Virus record (IMG/VR): IMGVR_UViG_3300028029_000003
Span: 1-45,021 of that record
Origin: a virus
DNA: 45,021 bases
Reading direction: 5' to 3' (one strand)
The notes beneath the pieces were generated by a model. That model had not been told where the DNA came from. It ran no database searches and saw only the letters and a list, made by a program, of their open reading frames with translations. Both the position numbers and the translations under genes were made by a program. Below are positions 25,982 to 32,691 of this stretch, piece by piece. Numbering within the stretch: the first letter of the stretch is position 1; the number at the start of each line of letters is the position of its first letter.

Positions 25982-26411
25982 TGATAACCTCAAGCTCAAC
26001 GCCATAATCATTTTTGATTATATTGTAAACTATACTTGCGTATATCTTCTTATAGACTGCAGTGGAGTGACTTATGCTTGCTCCTATACTAGCAGATTCA
26101 CCAACAAGTATACAACCTTCTGTGTCTCTTGGATAATTACCTATGTGTAGTAGGATGTACTTATAGTTTGGCACGTCTAGCACTTCTATCATGCCTTTGT
26201 GGTCAGCGAATTTAACTCCATACCTTTGATGGAAGCCACCAACTTTTCTGAGGCCTAGTTTGTAAGTGCCTTCAGGTATCCTAGTCTCACCAGGTATCTT
26301 GTGTGCATGCCAAGGGTCTTCTATAGTGTGGCACAGAATTTTGCCGTTGTGCATTAGCAAACCTTTAGTGTGCTTGCTGTCTGCAAAGTATCTTCTTAGT
26401 TCAAGTTTCAT
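25974..26411 (-). CDS. DUF5675-like protein with a YkuD-type H...GC motif, a putative cell-wall enzyme.
   Basis: 145 aa. TKGLLMHNGKILCHTIED...ETRIPEGTYKL...ILLHIGNYPRDTEGCILVGES matches the pattern I recall for DUF5675 and the His/Gly-Cys catalytic signature of L,D-transpeptidase-fold enzymes. Confidence 0.6.
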   Translation of the reverse strand: MKLELRRYFADSKHTKGLLMHNGKILCHTIEDPWHAHKIPGETRIPEGTYKLGLRKVGGFHQRYGVKFADHKGMIEVLDVPNYKYILLHIGNYPRDTEGCILVGESASIGASISHSTAVYKKIYASIVYNIIKNDYGVELEVISV

Positions 26412-26899
26412 AGTTCTACACTCCAGTCTTCAGCTAGCATGTCTGTCTGACTGCATAGCCAAGGTACAATCTGTCCATCAGCTGTCTTCATGTCAACGTG
26501 AGCATGGTAGTTAATCTCAGTGCCCTCAGGATATATGCCTAATAGAGGTACCCTGTTAACTTTAAATGTGGACCCACTAACTAAGAATAAGAACATACTT
26601 CTTCCATTCCAACCAGCTCGGTGAACCTTGTGACCTCTTTTAAGCATCAACAAAGCATCACCAAACGTCAACTGCCCATTAGGATTATAAGCTTCGTTGA
26701 ACACATCCTCAGGTGACCATGAAATGTAGCCATCGTGCTTAGGGTGATTAGACTTACCTCCGTCACAGTGCTCAACAAAGTAGCCTTCGTCTTCACCGTT
26801 CTCATCATCAGGCAGTTTCCATCCTCTGTACTCAATATACTCAGCTCTATTCATTACTTGAGCTACGATTAGCTTTGAACCTACGTGTAATTTATTCAT
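26408..26899 (-). CDS. Two-domain protein with a C-terminal DUF2829 (Tad2-like) domain.
   Basis: The C-terminal half LTFGDALLMLKRGHKVHRAGWNGRSMFLFL...DGQIVPWLCSQTDMLAEDWSVEL carries the DUF2829 hallmarks. The N-terminal ~75 aa (YRGWKLPDDENGEDEGYFVEH...GYISWSPEDVFNEAY) form a separate module. Confidence 0.75.
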   Translation of the reverse strand: MNKLHVGSKLIVAQVMNRAEYIEYRGWKLPDDENGEDEGYFVEHCDGGKSNHPKHDGYISWSPEDVFNEAYNPNGQLTFGDALLMLKRGHKVHRAGWNGRSMFLFLVSGSTFKVNRVPLLGIYPEGTEINYHAHVDMKTADGQIVPWLCSQTDMLAEDWSVEL

Positions 26900-27164
26900 C
26901 TTTTAGTTTCTCCATTACTTCTTCTAGTGACCAAGCTACAAAGGCAATACCACCGCGCTTTGCAACTTCCAATATGTTCCAGCTTTGCAACTTGCTTGCT
27001 CTACCAGAACCAAACTTCATTTCAATACCTACAAACCTACCCTTAGGTGAACAAGCTACAATGTCCATTATGCCTGCTCTGTTGCACTCAATAGTCTTGA
27101 TAGCCCAGTAGTTATTAACTTTCAACCAAGTCATTACTTTGGCTTGTTCTTTTTGTTCACTCAC
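26892..27164 (-). CDS. VRR-NUC family nuclease.
   Basis: GIMDIVACSPKGRFVGIEMKFGSGRASKLQSW is a PD-(D/E)xK core (D...E.K) followed by the Q..W element typical of VRR-NUC. Confidence 0.75.
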   Translation of the reverse strand: MSEQKEQAKVMTWLKVNNYWAIKTIECNRAGIMDIVACSPKGRFVGIEMKFGSGRASKLQSWNILEVAKRGGIAFVAWSLEEVMEKLKDE

Positions 27165-27993
27165 TTAGTCTTACTCCTTTGTAAGTAGGGAATCTAGGTT
27201 TACCATACTTAGTTAAGTTTTGGTACTTGTAGGTTATCTGCTTACCAATGTAGTAGTCTCGACGTTGCCATATTTCATCTCGTTGTGCAGTGTTGAAACC
27301 TGAACCTACTTTGAACTGCCCGCACTCATTACGCAAGACTAGAGCTCCTAGAGTGCCCATAGGAACCATATTTTCATTTTTGTTAGTAGACGTGTCTTCA
27401 TTCCGAAGAAGCTCCTCAAAGCCAATAACGGTGGCCTCAGCATCTTTGAAGACTTTCAGCTTGAGCATCCAACCTTGTTTCATAGTGCTACGGCCTTCTT
27501 TATACGGACCTTCTGGGTCTCTAACGATTGCTCCTTCATATCCTTGTTCTAAACAAGCGCCTAAATAAATAGTCATCTGAGTCGAGTCTGTAATCGTCAC
27601 TTGAGGTACCAGTCTCACTATCGGGCTACACACAACTCTAACTATCGTTTCAGCTTCTTGCGCTCTTTTACGGAAACTTACGTTCTTTAACGTATGACAG
27701 TCAAAGACGTTGTAGGAGAACTCGTGGCTCCTCTCATGTGTCACACTAGAGAACACAGACTGCACGTCTTCGAAATCTCCGTCTATCATAAGCTCACCGT
27801 CCAGTCCATGTAAGTTCAACTCTTTGAACACCCTTTGAACGTACGCATTAGCTATGCGCTTTAGCGTTCTGCTATACGCTACTCCAGCTATTGCTACACA
27901 CCTATAACCATCTATCTTAGGTGACGCAAGCACAGGGTATGCTATGTCGCTTATCTTTGGTATCTTGCTGCACGCTTTCATTGTTTCTTTCAT
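27157..27993 (-). CDS. ATP-dependent DNA ligase.
   Basis: The adenylation motif I is SPKIDGYRC (KxDG). GLDGELM (III), YEGAIVRDP (IV) and WMLKLKVF (V) are also present. Confidence 0.85.
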   Translation of the reverse strand: MKETMKACSKIPKISDIAYPVLASPKIDGYRCVAIAGVAYSRTLKRIANAYVQRVFKELNLHGLDGELMIDGDFEDVQSVFSSVTHERSHEFSYNVFDCHTLKNVSFRKRAQEAETIVRVVCSPIVRLVPQVTITDSTQMTIYLGACLEQGYEGAIVRDPEGPYKEGRSTMKQGWMLKLKVFKDAEATVIGFEELLRNEDTSTNKNENMVPMGTLGALVLRNECGQFKVGSGFNTAQRDEIWQRRDYYIGKQITYKYQNLTKYGKPRFPTYKGVRLSE

Positions 27994-28097
27994 ACGTTAC
28001 TCTCAGGTGGGTAAAGTCGTTCTATCATTTGCTTGCTTGTTTCATTCTCAACCTTTTGACACTTAGCTGTTGACTTGGACATTTCCAGCCTAGCCAT
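27990..28097 (-). CDS. 35-aa ORF bridging the helicase and ligase genes (absent from the track).
   Basis: Hand translation gives MARLEMSKSTAKCQKVENETSKQMIERLYPPESNV*. Its ATG overlaps the helicase stop (TAATG) and its TGA overlaps the ligase ATG (ATGA), so it exactly fills the 100-nt gap. Confidence 0.4.
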   Translation of the reverse strand: MARLEMSKSTAKCQKVENETSKQMIERLYPPESNV

Positions 28098-29368
28098 TAT
28101 ATCTCCTCCTGCTCAAACACTGAGTCTACAAAGTTTCTCTTGTTCACCGATACAGTCTTGTAGACCTGTGCGCTAATTGCTTTCTTAACTAACAAATAAT
28201 GGATAGCTATAGGAAGCTCTCTGTTCTTATTACACTGTCTGGCACGCCGTTGAGTGTGTCTAGCAGTACTATAGTCTTGGCTGTATATAACAAGCTCTTT
28301 GTAACCACTCAAGTCAACTCCTTCAGCATAACTAGTAGCTTGTAGCAGTTTGGCATACTTGAAGCACTCTGTTAGCTTAGTCAGTTCTGCTTTGTAGTTG
28401 TACATTATAACTAACGCAGGAGTGTCGCCAAACTCTTTGAGCACATAATCTATCTTCTCTTTGTTAGCCAAGACCAGGTAGTTAGCTTTAATCTTGCCGT
28501 TCTCCACAGTGTCTATCTTAGCGACGCCGCCTTCTAGCATGTGAAGACTGACTCTAAGCTTCATAGTAGTATCACATACTAATGGTTCATGGAACTCGTC
28601 TATGAACACTAGCTTCTCCTTAATAAGCTCATTGTATAACTTTCTAGTGCTGCCGCACAAAGTTATGTAGTGAACTTTATCAACTGGGTCGTGAGCAAAA
28701 TCTAGTTCTTTCCTGGTCTTAGTTATAAACAAGTGCTCGCAAGTACCTATGACTAAATCCTGGTTACATCTATCGTACTGCTGAACTTTCCTACCTCTGA
28801 CTTCAATAGTGTATGGGCGCCCAAACTGTCTAAACCAGTGATAGAAGTTTCCATAATTCTTGAATGGAGACCAAGAACTGACACTTAACTGATGATACAA
28901 GAGTTGAGGACCTTGAGCATAAGGAGTGGCGGACAAGTAAATTATTGGCTTATCTATGCATAGTCTGCCTACAGCGTCATATATATTCTTATTAGGCAGC
29001 CCTTTCTTTCTCTGTAACTTTAGTTGCTCGCAGTTAGAACCTATCTTAGGGTAAGAGCTAATGTAGTTATGACTCTCATCCAGTACAATCAAGTCGTACT
29101 TCGCTGACTTTTTCCACGCCATATGGTAGTTTGTAGCAGAGAAATATTTTTTAGTGTCATACTTAGCCAATAAGATTATCCAGTCTTTAAGAGCTTTCTT
29201 CTTAGTCAGTATCAGTATGTTTTTAACGTTTATCTTTTCTGCTATCAGCAACGCGGTCAGAGACTTACCAGTGCGTTCCTCCATGGCTAAGTAGACCATC
29301 ATGTGCTCTTTTATTATCGCTGCGCCTTCTTCACTTATTGTTACTTGATGCTTCCAAGGTGTTATCAT
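28097..29368 (-). CDS. SNF2/DEAD-like superfamily-2 helicase.
   Basis: Motif I is MEERTGKSLTAL, motif II LIVLDESHNY, motif III YLSATPY and motif VI HTQRRARQ. Confidence 0.8.
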   Translation of the reverse strand: MITPWKHQVTISEEGAAIIKEHMMVYLAMEERTGKSLTALLIAEKINVKNILILTKKKALKDWIILLAKYDTKKYFSATNYHMAWKKSAKYDLIVLDESHNYISSYPKIGSNCEQLKLQRKKGLPNKNIYDAVGRLCIDKPIIYLSATPYAQGPQLLYHQLSVSSWSPFKNYGNFYHWFRQFGRPYTIEVRGRKVQQYDRCNQDLVIGTCEHLFITKTRKELDFAHDPVDKVHYITLCGSTRKLYNELIKEKLVFIDEFHEPLVCDTTMKLRVSLHMLEGGVAKIDTVENGKIKANYLVLANKEKIDYVLKEFGDTPALVIMYNYKAELTKLTECFKYAKLLQATSYAEGVDLSGYKELVIYSQDYSTARHTQRRARQCNKNRELPIAIHYLLVKKAISAQVYKTVSVNKRNFVDSVFEQEEI

Positions 29369-29550
29369 AACTGCTCCTTTGCTAATTCTTCAAGCCGTAT
29401 AACAAACTCTTGTTGGTCTGACGATAACATCTTGGCTTTCTCAGGTTTTCCAATGTTGACTGCGTCCTGAGAACTCCAGTGTATATCTCCAGTCTGTATA
29501 TAGTTGCGCCACATCAATATGCTCCGGTACTTTATCTCTTTGTCATTCAC
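29365..29550 (-). CDS. Hypothetical protein (61 aa, GTG start).
   Basis: GTGA overlap with the upstream small ORF, and its stop overlaps the helicase ATG. Confidence 0.5.
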   Translation of the reverse strand: MNDKEIKYRSILMWRNYIQTGDIHWSSQDAVNIGKPEKAKMLSSDQQEFVIRLEELAKEQL

Positions 29551-29726
29551 TCTGTTATCTCCACGCCATAAATTTTATAGAACAGTTCACGATAGTCTGT
29601 GCCCATAATAGTGCCCTTTAGCCAGTAGTTAACAAGTATAGGAGCACAGCCCAAGTCCTGGGCCATGCGGTACTTAGTTAGTTTACCACCAGCTAGTATA
29701 GTACTAACTGCCTCCCTAGTGTTCAA
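29547..29726 (-). CDS. 59-aa HTH protein (Cro/YdaS-like), absent from the track.
   Basis: Hand translation from TTG 29726 (TTGA overlap with the nuclease stop) gives (M)NTREAVSTILAGGKLTKYRMAQDLGCAPILVNYWLKGTIMGTDYRELFYKIYGVEITE*. The A..LG....V..W.kG pattern is typical of Cro/YdaS-type HTH proteins. It fills an otherwise empty 170-nt gap. Confidence 0.45.
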   Translation of the reverse strand: MNTREAVSTILAGGKLTKYRMAQDLGCAPILVNYWLKGTIMGTDYRELFYKIYGVEITE

Positions 29727-30553
29727 AGCTTTATCTTCTGCACGGGAGGAGCAACGTCAATCTTGCCTTTAGAGAAAGGGCACTCTTTATAGAAGTCACA
29801 CCACTGGTCACCACAGAACGTGTAACCTGGATTGCCTCTAAGAATAGTCTCTATAGGAGCTACGTCCTTTATAACTAAGTCTAAGGTGTCCAGGATATGG
29901 TTCACTAACTTCTTAGCATGAGGTACATTAGCTTCCATACCAATAATAGAACCTTCAGGCACCTTCTTAAGCACTACACTTTGAATCAAGTTGTGCTTGA
30001 CATCAATACCATTAGCTTGAGCTAAGAACTTATAGATTGACTGCTGAGTTGAGTGTTTCTGAACAACAGGCTTGCGCTTAGAGGTTTTCAAATCAGCTAT
30101 AGTACTGTCAGTAATGTAATCAACAGTTCCACCAATAGAAGTAACTAATGCATGGTCTAAAGGAACTTCAAAGAATTCTTCTACAGCATTAGGTATCTTA
30201 GCGAACGGCACAATGTCCTCTATGAATGCTTCTGTACCTTGAAGAATAACTGCAGCAGATGTTCCGGCAGTTTCTTCTTTGCTGTACTTCATGTCCTTCT
30301 TAGCTTCTTCTGACCAAGCCTCCATCGCTGCATCAGTCATCATACTTAGGTTAGGTTCCTTCTTCTTGCTAGCTATAGTTTCAGTCCAAAAAGCTTCAGC
30401 AGCAGCATGAACAGCAGTTCCAATCGCAGCTCGGTTATTAGGTCTAGATTGCCGACCTTCCAAGAACGTAAGTCCCCATTGGTAAGAACAACCAAAGAAG
30501 CTGTCTATCGTAGAAGGTCTTAGTCGTATGTCAGTATTGTTAATTTTAATCAT
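29723..30553 (-). CDS. PD-(D/E)xK exonuclease (Cas4/RecB-like, Cys-cluster type).
   Basis: GGTVDYITDSTIADLKTSKR is a D...DLK core. An N-terminal Cys (FFGCSYQW) plus the C-terminal CGDQWCDFYKEC resemble Cas4/AddB-type Fe-S ligands. Confidence 0.75.
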   Translation of the reverse strand: MIKINNTDIRLRPSTIDSFFGCSYQWGLTFLEGRQSRPNNRAAIGTAVHAAAEAFWTETIASKKKEPNLSMMTDAAMEAWSEEAKKDMKYSKEETAGTSAAVILQGTEAFIEDIVPFAKIPNAVEEFFEVPLDHALVTSIGGTVDYITDSTIADLKTSKRKPVVQKHSTQQSIYKFLAQANGIDVKHNLIQSVVLKKVPEGSIIGMEANVPHAKKLVNHILDTLDLVIKDVAPIETILRGNPGYTFCGDQWCDFYKECPFSKGKIDVAPPVQKIKL

Positions 30554-31073
30554 TTTGTTCTCCAGCTAAATGTGTTGTATTGCTGTTCTCCAGAATCGGC
30601 CTGCATTGGATTATTTTCTTAGGCTTAGTTTCACATTCTGAGGACAAAATGTCTTCAAAATGAATCGTTCTGGAGCCCGACTCTAGCAATAAAGCTTGTC
30701 CAAGATGTTGTAAACCAGCCCAGGATGAGTTGTCGTCAATCTTAGGACAACACACAATTAGTATACCTGCCTGGACTATTGCTTTGCTACAGCCGATACA
30801 AGGAGGTTTAGTGACATACAAGGTAGAACCTGTCAAGTCTGCTCTGGCATTGAGGATAGCATTGAGTTCTGCATGGACCATCAGGTCATTCTTGCCTTCG
30901 CCATTGAGGCGCTCTTCAGTGTCTGCTATACCGATAGGAAAACCGTTATAGCCCATAGAGAATTGCCGTTTGTCTGGATACACTATCACACAACCAACTT
31001 TAGTCTCTGGGTCCTTGCTAAAGTCCGCCACAGCAGTAGCCAGTGCAATGAACCTTGCATGCCACTTGTTCAC
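30546..31073 (-). CDS. dCMP deaminase.
   Basis: The zinc-binding motifs HAELNAI and PCIGCSKAI (HAE / PCxxC) are at the spacing typical of deoxycytidylate deaminases. Confidence 0.85.
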   Translation of the reverse strand: MNKWHARFIALATAVADFSKDPETKVGCVIVYPDKRQFSMGYNGFPIGIADTEERLNGEGKNDLMVHAELNAILNARADLTGSTLYVTKPPCIGCSKAIVQAGILIVCCPKIDDNSSWAGLQHLGQALLLESGSRTIHFEDILSSECETKPKKIIQCRPILENSNTTHLAGEQND

Positions 31074-31342
31074 GACTCTATCCAGTCTTCTACTAATTTC
31101 GCGTAGCCCTGGATATCATGCCAGTTATCAGCATAGTTAGGGTCGCCATTAAGTATACGAGCTACCTTATGCTGAATCATCATAAGAGCTTCTTTCTGAA
31201 TAGGTTCAAGCTTACTGAACACTTCTTTGCCATTAGGTCGGCAATCTCTCATTACATCTTGTAAGTCTTGACTGATTACAGCGTGGTCTACAAACTTACC
31301 ATACCGCTTACCTCTTGATTTTAGTGTACTAGTGATAGACAT
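31070..31342 (-). CDS. Small helical protein, DUF6378/DUF1599-like (nucleotide-metabolism-associated).
   Basis: RGKRYGKF...EALMMIQHKVARILNGDPNYADNWHDIQGYAKL matches the R..YG...KxxR...D.W.D..GYA pattern of small helical phage proteins that I recall being linked to NTP-pyrophosphatase or base-modification genes. Confidence 0.45.
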   Translation of the reverse strand: MSITSTLKSRGKRYGKFVDHAVISQDLQDVMRDCRPNGKEVFSKLEPIQKEALMMIQHKVARILNGDPNYADNWHDIQGYAKLVEDWIES

Positions 31343-31899
31343 TCTGTTAATCCCTCTTTGCTTAAAATAATTAATAAATCTGTGTCTGCTTTCTTGTACG
31401 ACTCACCTTTGTCTAGGTTAGCCTTGATACCTGAAGCAGTCTTCTTTACGGCCTTACTATCGTTAGAATTACAGACGGCGTTTATGCAATCCGTAGTGCA
31501 CTCATCACTTAGGCCTATGTAACTCAGCTGAGCTAAACATAAGTATATAATAACGTGGCAAACATTCAGAGGCGACAAATGAGCGTCTTCCATCATGTCT
31601 AGCAACGAGCCTACATAATAAGCAGGTGCCAAGTTTGATAGCTGTAGTAGATTAGCCACGTATTGTCCACTATGGTCTGCCCAGGTTTGGTTATCTTCAT
31701 CACTTACATCAAGCTTCCAGATAACTCCCATCGCCACAAATATAATATCGCTTAGTTCTTTCACTTCATTGACTAAACCGTCCTTCGCAAGCCACTCAGC
31801 ATACTCTTCTCTGAGCAACTGCATAGCCAGGTCACGGTTGTACGTTTGTTCGTATCTGGCATTATTCCAGACAGAGACCCTTTTAAAAACTTCAAGCAT
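31321..31899 (-). CDS. All-alpha (MazG-like) nucleoside-triphosphate pyrophosphohydrolase.
   Basis: VWNNARYEQTYNRDLAMQLLREEYAEW...EVKELSDIIFVAMG gives the EExxE...E..D metal-binding pattern. The C-terminal NSNDSKAVKK...KG resembles MazG/dimeric-dUTPase-like phage enzymes. Confidence 0.6.
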   Translation of the reverse strand: MLEVFKRVSVWNNARYEQTYNRDLAMQLLREEYAEWLAKDGLVNEVKELSDIIFVAMGVIWKLDVSDEDNQTWADHSGQYVANLLQLSNLAPAYYVGSLLDMMEDAHLSPLNVCHVIIYLCLAQLSYIGLSDECTTDCINAVCNSNDSKAVKKTASGIKANLDKGESYKKADTDLLIILSKEGLTECLSLVH

Positions 31900-31902
31900 A
31901 TT

Positions 31903-32691
31903 TTACTCCTTAAGTAAAAATTTCATTACTGGTAGACTCTCATATTGCAGAGCAAACCATTCAGGCGTCATAACTTTAGACGATACGCCTTCAGGTATTA
32001 AGAGTTGATAACTTACTGGTGGCATGTCCTGGAAGGCGGATGACGTATACAAAGGTGCCCCTAGCCAGTGTTCTTCGTACACATGACAATCGCCTAGCTG
32101 CATTGTTATTTCTCCAGGGTCCAGTCCAACTTCATTAGCTAATACTATAAGCCAGGTAGCTGCCAGGACGAAGTCAGAAGGCAAGCCTATCATCATATCA
32201 ACTGAACGCTGAAGCCAGACCATACTTAGCTTACCTTCAGCAACACAGAATTGATAGCTATAGTGACAGCAAGGTAAACTAAGTTTGTCTAGTCTCTCTG
32301 GTCTCCAACCGTTGATTATCATTCGTCTGTCACTAGGGTCATTCTTTAGCTTGTCTATCAGTCGCTCGTACTGTCCATCTGCATGCCAGGCGTTACCGTA
32401 GTCAACTTCTAGGTCACCGTTGTCATCGGCCCACAACTTCCAGTAGTTGCACCCCCACTTCTCAAAATCTGCTAAGCATTTAGGACCACGAATAATCGCA
32501 GCGAACTCACCTAGTATTCCTTTATAGGACATCTTACGACCTTGAATCAATGGAAAGTTACCATCAGTCATGTCTATTTTAAGTTGCTGACCAAACAAGG
32601 ACTTTGTTGCACCATTCCTAGTTTGTTTAGCAGTTCCCATTAGCATTACATTGTTTATTAACTTCATGTAATCTTGCTCGTACTTTTGCAT
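31903..32691 (-). CDS. Thymidylate-synthase (ThyA) homologue with Asp at the uracil-specifying Asn position, a predicted dCMP methylase or hydroxymethylase.
   Basis: Start re-set to ATG 32691 (TAATG with the polymerase stop; MQKYEQDYMKLI compares with E. coli MKQYLELMQKVL). There is an ungapped match to E. coli ThyA across LKNDPSDRRMIINGWRP..LSLPCCHYSYQF...LQRSVDMMIGLPSDFVLA...LGDCHVYEEH. GLPFN(177) of E. coli is GLPSD here. Confidence 0.8.
   Translation of the reverse strand: MQKYEQDYMKLINNVMLMGTAKQTRNGATKSLFGQQLKIDMTDGNFPLIQGRKMSYKGILGEFAAIIRGPKCLADFEKWGCNYWKLWADDNGDLEVDYGNAWHADGQYERLIDKLKNDPSDRRMIINGWRPERLDKLSLPCCHYSYQFCVAEGKLSMVWLQRSVDMMIGLPSDFVLAATWLIVLANEVGLDPGEITMQLGDCHVYEEHWLGAPLYTSSAFQDMPPVSYQLLIPEGVSSKVMTPEWFALQYESLPVMKFLLKE

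Noticed and set aside
26266-27568. Antisense ORFs of 60-107 aa listed opposite long genes, for example 26266..26514, 26875..27111 and 27290..27568. Many others lie opposite terL, the polymerase, the primase and the 1405-aa gene.
   Set aside because: They are shadow ORFs with Ser/Leu/Thr-rich low-complexity products, no RBS and no coupling. The opposite-strand genes have clear family motifs.
29547-29726. Presence of Cro-like and multi-HTH proteins as evidence for a temperate lifestyle.
   Set aside because: I recognised no integrase, excisionase, CI-like repressor, partition system or attP. The HTH proteins are more simply explained as lytic-cycle regulators or an origin binder.
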